From contig OY771587.1 of the NCBI GenBank assembly GCA_963674825.1, positions 3,552,001 to 3,616,000 of the forward strand: a stretch of 64,000 nt of DNA. Reading direction: 5' to 3'. Within the stretch, counting starts at the first letter, position 1. Each line of letters starts with the position of its first letter. Made by a program: the position numbers and the translations under genes. This DNA is from Candidatus Cloacimonadales bacterium. GTDB lineage: Bacteria > Cloacimonadota > Cloacimonadia > Cloacimonadales > JAIOQZ01. The notes beneath the pieces were generated by a model. It had not been told where the DNA came from and did not search any database. It worked only from the letters and a program-made list of their open reading frames with translations. Shown here in pieces: positions 32,761-43,168 of this stretch.

Positions 32761-34428
32761 CTACTGATACGATCTCAGCGCTTCAGCGATATTGAGCGAG
32801 TGGTCGCCGATATGCTCCAGATGTCGCAGAAGGTCGATGTAGAGCAATTCAGCACGGACATCCGCACCTTCCTGGATTCGTTTCTGTGCGCCTTTTTTCA
32901 GCTTATGGCGAGATTGATCGACCTTTTTCTCCAGCTCGAGCGCCAAGTATAGTTCATCTTCGCTCAAGTGTCGAATCATACGTTCCTGCACGAAAATGAT
33001 AAACTTCATGACGATGCTGGAAAACGCTGTGATCTCTTCATCGGCAGCAGGATGAAGCTCAATCTTTTTGTGGCGTTTCTTTTCGATTAGCAAAATCAGC
33101 CGGAAAGCGCTGTCAGCGATGTTCTCGAGCTCGTGCGTGATGCGCAGCATAGCGTTGATGTTATTGGTGGTTTTCTCCCCCACACCTTCTTCCAAACAAT
33201 GTACCAGGAACATTGATATCTGTTCCTGCATTTGGTCCGTGTAATCTTCGCGCTGCTTGATCTCATCGACAGTCTCGCCCATGTGCTTATCGGGATTGTG
33301 AAACACCTCGATCGCGCTGGCAACCATATCAGCACCGATACGAGCCATCTTCTTGATCTCGGATTGCACCTTGAAAAGGTTCATCTGTACGGTGTCCTGA
33401 ATACCTGATGATATATACGCAAGCTTGTATACGCGTGATATCTCGTCTTTGCGTTCCTTCACAAGCTTATTCACAAGCTGTGCAAAAGGCGTTATAAAGG
33501 GTAGAAACACGAGTGTGTTACTGATATTGAATATTGTGTGGAAAAGTGAGAGATTGAGCGGAAGATTCTCCTGGAGAGTCGCGTCCCACGGCGCAAGCCA
33601 GAGGATGAATCGAAGGAAGGCATTGAAGATAAACGTCAGCCAGATCACTCCGAAGACGTTGAACAGGAAGTGCGCTCTCGCAGCCCGTCGCGCGTGAACA
33701 TTCGTCCCAATCGAGGCCAGGTAGGCCGTGATTGTCGTGCCAATATTCTCACCCAGTACGATCGCGGCTGCGGTCGGGAAATCGATCCAGCCTTTGAAAG
33801 CCATGGTTACGGTTACCGCCATCGCCGCGCTGGAAGACTGCACGATAATCGTGAGTACCGTTCCCACCGCAACGAAAATCAGGTACGACCAGAAACCCAT
33901 GCTGGAGTAGTTTTTGAGAAATTCGAGGATTTCGGGATGGTTCTTGATATCGGGGACTGAATCTTTAAGGAATGTCAGGCCGAGGAAGAGAAGGCCGAAT
34001 CCGACCAGCACCATACCGAAGTTTTTATAGCTGTGTTTACGAGAAAGGACAAACGGGAAACCGACACCGATAATCGGGATCGCAATTGCGCTGATCTTGA
34101 ACTTGAAGCCAAAGTAGGATACGATCCAGGTCGTGACCGTGGTACCGATATTCGCGCCCATGATCACGCCGATCGCCTGTTGCAGATTCAACAGCATGGC
34201 GTTGACGAAGCTGACGACCATCACGGTCGTCGCGGAGGACGATTGAACCAGGGCAGTAATCATGAAACCGGTGAGAACAGCGACGACCCTGTTGCGCGTC
34301 ATGAAATTCATGATCGCCTGCATGCGGTCGCCAGCAAGTTTCTGTATGCCGTCGCTCATCACGCGCATACCGTACAAAAAGACTCCAAGCGCTCCAACGA
34401 GGTGTAAAATCGTAACGATTACATCCAT
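32761..34428 (-). CDS. Na+/Pi cotransporter (NptA/PhoU-domain family)
   Basis: Two QSSS motifs, GANIGTT / GENIGTT; C-terminal PhoU-like LENIAD / LEHIGD. Confidence 0.93.
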   Translation of the reverse strand: MDVIVTILHLVGALGVFLYGMRVMSDGIQKLAGDRMQAIMNFMTRNRVVAVLTGFMITALVQSSSATTVMVVSFVNAMLLNLQQAIGVIMGANIGTTVTTWIVSYFGFKFKISAIAIPIIGVGFPFVLSRKHSYKNFGMVLVGFGLLFLGLTFLKDSVPDIKNHPEILEFLKNYSSMGFWSYLIFVAVGTVLTIIVQSSSAAMAVTVTMAFKGWIDFPTAAAIVLGENIGTTITAYLASIGTNVHARRAARAHFLFNVFGVIWLTFIFNAFLRFILWLAPWDATLQENLPLNLSLFHTIFNISNTLVFLPFITPFAQLVNKLVKERKDEISRVYKLAYISSGIQDTVQMNLFKVQSEIKKMARIGADMVASAIEVFHNPDKHMGETVDEIKQREDYTDQMQEQISMFLVHCLEEGVGEKTTNNINAMLRITHELENIADSAFRLILLIEKKRHKKIELHPAADEEITAFSSIVMKFIIFVQERMIRHLSEDELYLALELEKKVDQSRHKLKKGAQKRIQEGADVRAELLYIDLLRHLEHIGDHSLNIAEALRSYQ

Positions 34429-34614
34429 CCACTCTACTCCGAAAGGATTGTTTGTGTGCTTTTTGCGAAGATCCTTACATACCGTCAACAAATAAATCGG
34501 GAACGGTTGTCCGACCCCGACACGAAACCGTTGTAAAAACAGTAATAGGTTCCAATTGGTGACGTTGCTTTTTTTCTCTTATAATCTGTGGTACAACATT
34601 ATCATGGAATAAGG

Positions 34615-35289
34615 TCAGGAAAACAGTTTTCCCGTGGCAATTATCAGCTCGTCAAGCTGATTCGCGACCAGATGCGCATCCTGCTCGATGGCTTCCCACT
34701 CGTGTTTTGCATGTATATCGCGCACCGCAAAGACACGCATACCTGCATTGAGTGCGGCCTTGACGCCAGCATGAACATCCTCGAATACCAGGCATCGTTC
34801 TGGCTCTACGCCGATAAGCTCCGCGGCTTTCAGGAAAATGTCTGGATAGGGCTTGCCGCGCAGCTCGCCTTCACCGGCCACGATCGCGTTGAAATATCGA
34901 AGGACGTGGTTTGCCTTCAACACTTTTTCCGCCAGAAACTTTGAGTTGCTGGTTCCAACGGCAATGCGAATGTCGTTATCCTCGAGCAGTGCCAGGAGTT
35001 CCAGTGTACCTTGCTTCAATCCGATATCGCAGCAGTAGTGATGAGCGACCATATCGGTCCATTCCTGGATGATCTCCTCTGGGGATTCGGGAAGCCCGAA
35101 TTTCTGCTTGAAATACAAAGCTACTTCGAAGAAGCTGTTTCCTTCTTTGAGGTCTTGAAAAAGATCGTCAGGGACCGCGATCCCACGCTTTTCGAGGAAT
35201 TCCACATCAACCTGCGTCCACACGCCCATCGAGTCGATCAGCGTTCCGTCCAGGTCAAAGATTACTGCGTCTATCTGTCGTTTCATCAT
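34615..35289 (-). CDS. HAD family phosphatase (beta-PGM/CbbY-like)
   Basis: IFDLDGTLIDS, GTSN, GKPYPDIF, FED; ATGA overlap with phnE stop; upstream part of track ORF is spurious. Confidence 0.9.
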   Translation of the reverse strand: MMKRQIDAVIFDLDGTLIDSMGVWTQVDVEFLEKRGIAVPDDLFQDLKEGNSFFEVALYFKQKFGLPESPEEIIQEWTDMVAHHYCCDIGLKQGTLELLALLEDNDIRIAVGTSNSKFLAEKVLKANHVLRYFNAIVAGEGELRGKPYPDIFLKAAELIGVEPERCLVFEDVHAGVKAALNAGMRVFAVRDIHAKHEWEAIEQDAHLVANQLDELIIATGKLFS

Positions 35290-36278
35290 ATATCCAATAG
35301 TTTTGCCCTGACTTTTCCACTCACAAGATCCATCAGCCACACAGTCAGCGCGATAAGCCAGATGATCACACCGACATTTTGCCATGCAAGCATCTGCTGT
35401 TGCTGCTGGAGGGCCAGCCCGATACCGCCGCCGCCTACGAAACCGACGATGGTCGCCATACGGACGTTGATATCCCAACGATAGATGGTGAAAGCCAGGA
35501 AGGGTGAAAGAATTTGCGGGATTACCGCATACCACCAGACCCAGAAACCGCCTGCGCCCGTGGCTTTGATGGCCTCGACCGGGCCCGAATCGATGTTCTC
35601 GATCTGCTCGGAATATAGCTTGGTCAACGCTGCGATAGAATGGATCATCAGCGCCAGCATACCGGCAAATGGCCCAATGCCGACCCATACCGAAAAGATG
35701 ATAGCCCAAACGATCGCCTCCACGCTACGAAAGATTGTTGCAATGGTGCGTATCAGTAAATAGATACTGTTGCCAAGAAAGGTGCGCGGCATAAGGTTCC
35801 TTGATGCCAGGAAACTGAATCCGAACGCGAAGGGAATCGCGAGAACCGTTGCCAGCAACGCCAGGAAGATGGTCTCCATAAGCGCTTTGAGCAGCGGCAT
35901 CATGAGCTTGAAATTGGGCTGAAAGAGTCCCGAGACGATATGCTTTGCGTTACCCGCCCGGGTGAAAAGCTTATAGGGGTTGATCTCCACGACGACCCAT
36001 CCCACCACGAACGTAATCACGATCGTGAGAATAACCGTCCAGGTTCCGACGCTCTTGAACCAAGGAGTATCGTTCTTCCCCATGATATAGCGGCATCCGG
36101 GACTGTGTCCGGTCAGATTCAGGATCACGGCCGGAAGCCAGCCGAAGAGGCCGTAATGCCAGATGGTGGCATCGGGAAGAAACCAGTGGTTGATAAGATA
36201 GGTGATGCATCCGCCGAGGTACATCCAGATGAGGATATCCATCCCCATCGCCTGTGTGCGCTTCTTCTGGCCTTTCAT
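35286..36278 (-). CDS. phnE: Phosphonate/phosphite ABC permease
   Basis: GIGPFAGMLAL, KLYSEQIENID.GPVEA, RWDINVRMATIVGFVGGGGIG. Confidence 0.92.
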   Translation of the reverse strand: MKGQKKRTQAMGMDILIWMYLGGCITYLINHWFLPDATIWHYGLFGWLPAVILNLTGHSPGCRYIMGKNDTPWFKSVGTWTVILTIVITFVVGWVVVEINPYKLFTRAGNAKHIVSGLFQPNFKLMMPLLKALMETIFLALLATVLAIPFAFGFSFLASRNLMPRTFLGNSIYLLIRTIATIFRSVEAIVWAIIFSVWVGIGPFAGMLALMIHSIAALTKLYSEQIENIDSGPVEAIKATGAGGFWVWWYAVIPQILSPFLAFTIYRWDINVRMATIVGFVGGGGIGLALQQQQQMLAWQNVGVIIWLIALTVWLMDLVSGKVRAKLLDI

Positions 36279-37033
36279 CGGATCTCAACCTCCTCCGCGT
36301 CCTCACCGTAGATTTCGCGGAATCGCTCATTATCGACAGTCGACGGTGCGCCGTCATACACGACCTTCCCATCTTTCAGCGCCACGACGCGCGATCCGTA
36401 TTTTCTTGCCAAACTCAAAAAGTGTAGCGAGCAGACCACCGTGATGCTGTCTTTGCGGTTGAGTTCGCCCAGATAGCGCATGACCGTATCCGCCGTGGCG
36501 GGATCGAGGCTTGCTACCGGCTCATCGGCGAGGATAAGCTGCGGCTCCTGCATCAGCGCTCTGGCGATGGCCACACGCTGCTGCTGTCCACCGCTGAGGT
36601 TGCGCACCTGGCGCGACGCGAAATCGGTCAGACCGACACGCTCCAGCGCGACTCTGGCACGGGCAATCTCATCCCGTTTCCAGGGCAGTGTCAGCGAGCC
36701 GAAACCGTTCATCGACCCCAAGCGTCCGGTCAGGACATTAGTCATTACACTGAGATTGCGCACAAGGTTGAATTGCTGGAATATCATGCCGATACGATGC
36801 CTGATTTCACGCAGTTCTTTAGATGAAGCCTTCTCGACATGTTTATCGTCGAATACGATCTCGCCGCTGGATGGTTCGATCAGCCTGTTGATGCACCGGA
36901 GCAGCGTCGATTTACCCGAGCCGGAAAGCCCGAGCAGAATAACGAATTCACCTTTCTCTACCTTTAGGTCGATACCCTTAAGCGCATGTGTGCCATCAGC
37001 GTAGTATTTATGTAATGACGAGATATACAGCAT
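36275..37033 (-). CDS. phnC: Phosphonate ABC ATPase
   Basis: [41 protein letters not shown]. Confidence 0.93.
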   Translation of the reverse strand: MLYISSLHKYYADGTHALKGIDLKVEKGEFVILLGLSGSGKSTLLRCINRLIEPSSGEIVFDDKHVEKASSKELREIRHRIGMIFQQFNLVRNLSVMTNVLTGRLGSMNGFGSLTLPWKRDEIARARVALERVGLTDFASRQVRNLSGGQQQRVAIARALMQEPQLILADEPVASLDPATADTVMRYLGELNRKDSITVVCSLHFLSLARKYGSRVVALKDGKVVYDGAPSTVDNERFREIYGEDAEEVEIR

Positions 37034-37035
37034 AG

Positions 37036-37938
37036 TTATTTTACGAACGAATCAGCCGTTATATTGAGCGTTTCGAGCGTCTTGCGCACAACGTCGTAAT
37101 CCGAATCTTGCGCCCTTACGAAACCGTCGATCTCATATAGATTGTACATGATATCATGGCCTTTTTCGGTCTCCACGATCTCGAGCAGCGCATTAACAAT
37201 CTGCTCTTTCAGGTCTTCCGGGAATTCCGCGCGGAAGGTGACGGTGTCGTTCGGAATCCATTCAGTGTAGGCGAACGGAACCACTTTCTCCATAACATCG
37301 GGGTAGGTCTGCAAGACGTGTGTACGCGCATCCTGGGGCTTGCCGTCTTTGTCCGGCGACCAATAGGTGCAACCGACATCGGCATTACCTTCGTAAACCG
37401 CAAGTATGGATTGAGGATGGCCACCCGAGAAGTAGTAGTTCTCCGGCTCCACGCCGAGTCCCTTCAGCATTGCCGAGGGATAGATATGGCCGGAAGTGGA
37501 TGCCGCGTCGGTGTAGGCAACGATCTTGCCCTGAACATCCTCGAGCGTCTCGATTCCGCTGCCTGCGCGGGACACGAACTGTCCGCGATATTCTTTAAGA
37601 CCGTTGCGCACGACGGTAAGCCCGACGTGAGCGTTGTATTTCTGATTCGCCAGCACATACGCAAAAGTCGCGAGCCAGCCGATATCGGCTTCTTTTGTGT
37701 TCATGGTTTCGATCACAGCCGCGTAGCTGGTCGGAACGCCCACTTTGAAGAAAAGCCCCGTCTTCTCGTGAAGAAGCTCGGAGATGGCCTCAGCGCCGGT
37801 GATTACACGTCCCGCCTCCATTGACGGCACGAAGTACATTTTGATCGGGTTGTCCTTGGATCCCAACGGACCCTTTTCCGCGCTGCATCCCGCAAGCAGG
37901 AACGCTACAACGACCAGTAAATACAATATGTTTCTCAT
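37036..37938 (-). CDS. phnD: Phosphate/phosphite/phosphonate ABC substrate-binding lipoprotein
   Basis: Lipobox LAGC; DAASTSGHIYP, GGHPQSI, IPND. Confidence 0.9.
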   Translation of the reverse strand: MRNILYLLVVVAFLLAGCSAEKGPLGSKDNPIKMYFVPSMEAGRVITGAEAISELLHEKTGLFFKVGVPTSYAAVIETMNTKEADIGWLATFAYVLANQKYNAHVGLTVVRNGLKEYRGQFVSRAGSGIETLEDVQGKIVAYTDAASTSGHIYPSAMLKGLGVEPENYYFSGGHPQSILAVYEGNADVGCTYWSPDKDGKPQDARTHVLQTYPDVMEKVVPFAYTEWIPNDTVTFRAEFPEDLKEQIVNALLEIVETEKGHDIMYNLYEIDGFVRAQDSDYDVVRKTLETLNITADSFVK

Positions 37939-38099
37939 GTTGTCTCCATCGATGATTTTTCATGCCAAGAATGGTAGAGTGCACTGCCGGAAGCAAGTTA
38001 TTTTCTTTTCGCTAGGGTACGCGGACACCTCGCTTGCATTTCTCCTTTCTAACCCTCGCCATTTTCTCAGGGAGAGGGTCGGTTCGACGAAGGAGAACG

Positions 38100-39707
38100 C
38101 TATTTCAACAGCGTCACCTTCCTTGTGCTTAGCTGCTTGCCCTCTGCGGTTAGCTTGCAAGTATAGATCCCACTCGCTTTGTCTTCTGGCTTCCAGACTG
38201 CGGTTTCACCGGCATGATCGACCGCAATCGTTTCCACCTTTTGCCCTCGTATGTTATAGATTTCTATCGTCAGATCATGATATTCAGCATCCGTCTTGAT
38301 CTCGAATGAAATCTCCGGGTTGAACGGGTTGGGGTAGGCGTTGAAGGTGATATCAGCCAGCGGAACCGTCTCGTCATCTATCGGATCAAGGTCTTGTTCA
38401 ACAAGATCCTCATGGCCGCCGTAAACGTACACATAACCAAAGTTATTAGGTGAAGCGCTACCCGCATCGCCATAGGCTCCCACCGCAATATCGTCATAGC
38501 CGTCGTTATCGAAATCGCCAACGGCATGACCACTACTTGTACCATACCCGGGTTCGAATGTGTAGCCATAATAGTCCCAGGTACCGTTCTGATCGCCTAT
38601 ATAAAAAAACAAGTATCCCGCATCGCCCGTTGAGATAATATGAGTATCTACCAGATCTCCCTTGCCATCCCCATTGATATCGCCGAATGAAGGATTGAAA
38701 TAGGAGTAGAATTCAATATGGCCATACCAGTCCCAGTGAATGGTTTCGCCTCCACGCCACAGGCGACAACCAGGGGAAACACTGCCATCATCGGTAGCGT
38801 CGTAATAAGATAGGACAAAGTCATCGTACCCATCTCCGTTCCAATCTCCGGCAGGATTAAGTTCATACCATAAATTGAGTGTCGAATGATAATCTAGACT
38901 ATAATCAGGAGTGGTATCTTGGGTTGTGCCACCGTAGAAAAAACGATTAAAAAAACACCACAATAACGAACCGTCAGGTTGTTCGATATAATCTGGTTGA
39001 AAGTAATAGCTAAAATCATCATAACCGTCACCATTCACATCGCCAAGACCGCGAAAACCCTTGCCATTTCGTGTGTAGATTCCTTCCACAAACCCCACCT
39101 TCTCGAAGCTGCCGCCATACACGATGGAGTAGGTAAGGTAGTGATTGCCTTCGGTTATTCCCGCATCATCGTATCCGTCGCCGTTGATATCGCCAAGCGG
39201 GTGGATTTCGGCGTATGTATCACTGATTTCATATTCGTAGTCAGGGATCGTATCGTTGACGGTGTTGCCGAGAAGGATACGCATCTGTCGATATGTGTGA
39301 TAAAGACCGTCAAAGGTAACTTCGATATAATTGTAACCAATATCGTCACACCCATCATTGTTCATGTCGCCAAGATTACTGATATACTCAGATGCAATGA
39401 TGTGATGAAATGCGGTGTCCGCCGGTGCTGATATTGACAAATCAGGTGTCTCTGGCAAACCCGTATCTGATCCGAAATAAATATAGAGTTTTCCCCTATG
39501 TAGAACATGATCAGGATCATTATAATATTTCCTTGCATTTACAGCCAAATCATCAATGCCATCACCATTGAAGTCAAGGGCAATTACCATTTTCCCAAAC
39601 TCATCACTAGGTAATTCGCCTTGCATCTGCCAGACAACATCGAGCTGGTTTTCGGCGTATATCAGTACGCTCATGGCTAGTAAAATCAATATATGTAGGT
39701 AACGCAT
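38100..39707 (-). CDS. Secreted FG-GAP repeat protein with FlgD-like CTD, copy 1 (535 aa)
   Basis: Signal peptide MRYLHILILL; seven DxNxDGxxD loops; AYPNPFNPE...RKVTLLK. Confidence 0.9.
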   Translation of the reverse strand: MRYLHILILLAMSVLIYAENQLDVVWQMQGELPSDEFGKMVIALDFNGDGIDDLAVNARKYYNDPDHVLHRGKLYIYFGSDTGLPETPDLSISAPADTAFHHIIASEYISNLGDMNNDGCDDIGYNYIEVTFDGLYHTYRQMRILLGNTVNDTIPDYEYEISDTYAEIHPLGDINGDGYDDAGITEGNHYLTYSIVYGGSFEKVGFVEGIYTRNGKGFRGLGDVNGDGYDDFSYYFQPDYIEQPDGSLLWCFFNRFFYGGTTQDTTPDYSLDYHSTLNLWYELNPAGDWNGDGYDDFVLSYYDATDDGSVSPGCRLWRGGETIHWDWYGHIEFYSYFNPSFGDINGDGKGDLVDTHIISTGDAGYLFFYIGDQNGTWDYYGYTFEPGYGTSSGHAVGDFDNDGYDDIAVGAYGDAGSASPNNFGYVYVYGGHEDLVEQDLDPIDDETVPLADITFNAYPNPFNPEISFEIKTDAEYHDLTIEIYNIRGQKVETIAVDHAGETAVWKPEDKASGIYTCKLTAEGKQLSTRKVTLLK

Positions 39708-39789
39708 GGTTGCCCTCCATTCTGTGCTGCTGTTGTGTCTTCTCAACCCTACGCAACTTAAAAACACAATTTATTCCAATTTTCAAGCG

Positions 39790-41397
39790 CTATTTCAGTA
39801 GCGTCACCTTCCTTGTGCTTAGCCGCTTGCCCTCCGCAGTAAGCTTGCATGTATAGATCCCACTCGCTTTGTCTTTCGGTTTCCAGGTTACGGTTTCACC
39901 GGCATGATCGACCGCAATCGTTTCCACCTTTTGCCCTCGTATATTATAGATTTCTATTGTTAAATCATGGTATTCGGCGTCCGTCTTGATCTCAAACGAC
40001 ACCTCGGGGTTGAACGGGTTGGGGTAGGCGTTGAAGGTGATATCAGCCAGCGGAACCGTCTCGTCATCTATCGGATCAAGGTCTTGTTCAACAAGATCCT
40101 CATGGCCGCCGTAAACGTACACATAACCAAAGTTATTAGGTGAAGCGCTACCCGCATCGCCATAGGCTCCTACAGCGATATCATCGTAGCCATCGTTATC
40201 GAAATCGCCAACGGCGTGTCCATTACTTGTACCATACCCGGGTTCGAATGTGTAGCCATTATAGTCCCAGGTACCGTTCTGATCGCCTATATAAAAAAAC
40301 AAGTATCCCGCATCGCCCGTTGAGATTATATAAGGATTAACCAGATCTCCCTTACCATCCCCATTGATATCGCCGAAAGAAGGATTCAGATTGGAATAGA
40401 ATTCAATATGGCCATACCAGTCCCAGTGAATGGTTTCGCCTCCGCGCCACAGGCGACAACCAGGGGAAACACTGCCATCATCGGTAGCGTCGTAATAAGA
40501 TAGGACAAAGTCATCGTACCCATCTCCGTTCCAATCTCCGGCAGGATACAACTCATAAAGAAAATTAATGATCGTGATATAATCCATACAATAGTCTGGC
40601 TCTGTGCTTAAGGTTGGGCTGCCGAAAAAAAAGTCATTTCGATAATGGTAAAGAAAAGAGCCGTCCGGTTGTTCTACCGGATCAGGTTGATGATTGTAGT
40701 AAAAATCATCAAAGCCATCACCATTCACATCACCAAGACCACGAAATCCTTTATCTTGCCATGTATATAGATTCTCCACAAACGTCACCTTCTCGAAGCT
40801 TCCGCCATACACGATGGAGTAGGTAAGGTAGTGATTGCCTTCGGTTATTCCCGCATCATCGTATCCGTCGCCGTTGATATCGCCAAGCGGGTGGATTTCG
40901 GCGTATGTATCACTGATTTCATATTCGTAGTCAGGGATCGTATCGTTGACGGTGTTGCCGAGAAGGATACGCATCTGTCGATATGTGTGATAAAGACCGT
41001 CAAAGGTTCGGTAGGTCGTTCTATATCCTATGTCATCGCAACTATCACCGTTCATGTCGCCCAGGTTCTGGATAAATCCCCATGAATCATGATACACAAA
41101 TGTTGTGTCAACCGGAGTAGATATCGTCATGTCGGGAGAATCCCCCAAACCATCATCAGAGCCAAAATATATATAAAGCTTGCCTCTTTGGTTTGTATAA
41201 TTTTCATTCAAGTAGTATTGATATGCTGTTACAGCCAAATCATCGATATTATCACCGTTGAAATCAAGCGATTCAACATAATAACCGAAGCAATCACTTG
41301 ATTGTTCACCTTGCATCTGCCAGACAACATCGAGCTGGTTTTCAGCGTATATCAGTACGCTCATGGCTAGTAAAATCAATATATGTAGGTAACGCAT
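39790..41397 (-). CDS. Secreted FG-GAP repeat protein, copy 2 (535 aa)
   Basis: Same architecture; 1690 bp offset from copy 1. Confidence 0.9.
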   Translation of the reverse strand: MRYLHILILLAMSVLIYAENQLDVVWQMQGEQSSDCFGYYVESLDFNGDNIDDLAVTAYQYYLNENYTNQRGKLYIYFGSDDGLGDSPDMTISTPVDTTFVYHDSWGFIQNLGDMNGDSCDDIGYRTTYRTFDGLYHTYRQMRILLGNTVNDTIPDYEYEISDTYAEIHPLGDINGDGYDDAGITEGNHYLTYSIVYGGSFEKVTFVENLYTWQDKGFRGLGDVNGDGFDDFYYNHQPDPVEQPDGSFLYHYRNDFFFGSPTLSTEPDYCMDYITIINFLYELYPAGDWNGDGYDDFVLSYYDATDDGSVSPGCRLWRGGETIHWDWYGHIEFYSNLNPSFGDINGDGKGDLVNPYIISTGDAGYLFFYIGDQNGTWDYNGYTFEPGYGTSNGHAVGDFDNDGYDDIAVGAYGDAGSASPNNFGYVYVYGGHEDLVEQDLDPIDDETVPLADITFNAYPNPFNPEVSFEIKTDAEYHDLTIEIYNIRGQKVETIAVDHAGETVTWKPKDKASGIYTCKLTAEGKRLSTRKVTLLK

Positions 41398-41479
41398 GGT
41401 TGCCCTCCATTCTGTGCTGCTGTTGTGTCTTCTCAACCCTACGCAACTTAAAAACACAATTTATTCCAATTTTCAAGCG

Positions 41480-43087
41480 CTATTTCAGTAGCGTCACCTT
41501 CCTTGTGCTTAGCTGCTTGCCCTCTGCGGTAAGCTTACAGGTATAGATTCCGCTCGCTTTGTCTTTGGGTTTCCAGGTCACGGCTTCACCGGCATGATCG
41601 ACCGCAATCGTTTCCACCTTTTGCCCTCGTATGTTATAGATTTCTATTGTTAAATCATGATATTCGGTATCCGTCTTGATCTCAAACGACACCTCCGGAT
41701 TGAACGGGTTGGGGTAGGCGTTGAAGGTGATATCCGCAGGCGAAACGGTCTCGTCGTCGGCATCATTCGTGTCTTGTTCAACAAGATCCTCATGGCCGCC
41801 GTAAACGTACACATAGCCCCAGTTCCAGTCTGATGTTCCGCCGTCACCGTAAGCTCCTACTGCGATGTCATTGAAACCGTCGTTGTTGAAGTCGCCTATG
41901 GCACGTCCCGCGCCATAGCCATCTTCGTATGTTGAACTACTGAAATCTTTGGTTCCATTCTGATCGCCAAGATATACATAAAGGTACCCCAAATTCCCAG
42001 ATGCAAAAGTAAAGGAATTCACCAAATCACCGTGACCATCGTTATTTAGATCGCCATATACCGGAACGAAGATTGAGTAATATTCCACATGACCGTACCA
42101 ATCCCAGTGAATGGTTTCGCTACCACGCCACAGGCGGCACCCGGGAGACGTACTTCCATCCTCTGGAACGTCGTAACCTGAAAGAACAAAATCGTCGTAG
42201 CCATCGCCATCCCAATCACCTGCCGGATACAGTTCATACCATAAATTGACAGGAGACAAAATATTCAACCTATAGTCGGGAATCGTATCCTGGACAGTGC
42301 TACCTAAAAAAAAACAATTATGAAAACTGGCACGCAATGTGTTATCAGGCATGACAACGTTGTCAGTCTGGTAATAATAGTTGAAGTCGTCATACCCATC
42401 CCCATTTACATCACCCAAGCCACGGAAGCCTTTGCCGTTAAGTGTATAAATCCCATCCACAAATGTCACCTTCTCGAAGCTGCCGCCATACACGATGGAA
42501 TAGGTAAGAATGTTGTTGCGAAACTCTGTTATTCCCGCGTCGTCGTAGCCGTCACCGTTGATGTCGCCGAGGGGATTGATCTCACTTTCTGAGTAATTCA
42601 CTTCGAATTCGTAATCGGGAATGGTGTCGTTAACTGTATTCCCGCAAAGAATACGACAACAATAATAAGAAACAGAAGGGCGTCCATCATAGAATATTTT
42701 CTCACGGAAGAAATATCCAATGTCATCACACCCATCATTATTCATATCGCCCAAGTTACGAATTTTCATCCATGAGTATTGCCAATCAAGCAAGGTATCT
42801 ACAACAGCGGAAACATGTAAGTTTGGTTCGTTAGGTAAGCCATTATCTGAACCATAATATATATAAAACTTGCCATGTTGGTTCGGGTAGCTAGTGTCGT
42901 TACGATACATCCAGGCACTTACTGCTAAATCGTCAATTCCATCACCGTTGAAATCAAGCGATTCAACATAATAACCGAAGCAATCACTTGGTTGCTCGCC
43001 TTGCATCTGCCAGACAACATCGAGCTGGTTTTCAGCGTATATCAGTACGCTCATGGCTAGTAAAATCAATATATGTAGGTAACGCAT
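41480..43087 (-). CDS. Secreted FG-GAP repeat protein, copy 3 (535 aa)
   Basis: Same architecture; 1690 bp offset from copy 2. Confidence 0.9.
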   Translation of the reverse strand: MRYLHILILLAMSVLIYAENQLDVVWQMQGEQPSDCFGYYVESLDFNGDGIDDLAVSAWMYRNDTSYPNQHGKFYIYYGSDNGLPNEPNLHVSAVVDTLLDWQYSWMKIRNLGDMNNDGCDDIGYFFREKIFYDGRPSVSYYCCRILCGNTVNDTIPDYEFEVNYSESEINPLGDINGDGYDDAGITEFRNNILTYSIVYGGSFEKVTFVDGIYTLNGKGFRGLGDVNGDGYDDFNYYYQTDNVVMPDNTLRASFHNCFFLGSTVQDTIPDYRLNILSPVNLWYELYPAGDWDGDGYDDFVLSGYDVPEDGSTSPGCRLWRGSETIHWDWYGHVEYYSIFVPVYGDLNNDGHGDLVNSFTFASGNLGYLYVYLGDQNGTKDFSSSTYEDGYGAGRAIGDFNNDGFNDIAVGAYGDGGTSDWNWGYVYVYGGHEDLVEQDTNDADDETVSPADITFNAYPNPFNPEVSFEIKTDTEYHDLTIEIYNIRGQKVETIAVDHAGEAVTWKPKDKASGIYTCKLTAEGKQLSTRKVTLLK

Positions 43088-43168
43088 GGTTGCCCTCCAT
43101 TCTGTGCTGCTGTTGTGTCTTCTCAACCCTACGCAATTTTATGCACATTTTATTCCAATTTTCAAGCG

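Noticed and set aside
35290..35709. N-terminal extension of the HAD ORF
   Set aside because: Overlaps phnE in another frame; real start is 35289 with an ATGA overlap
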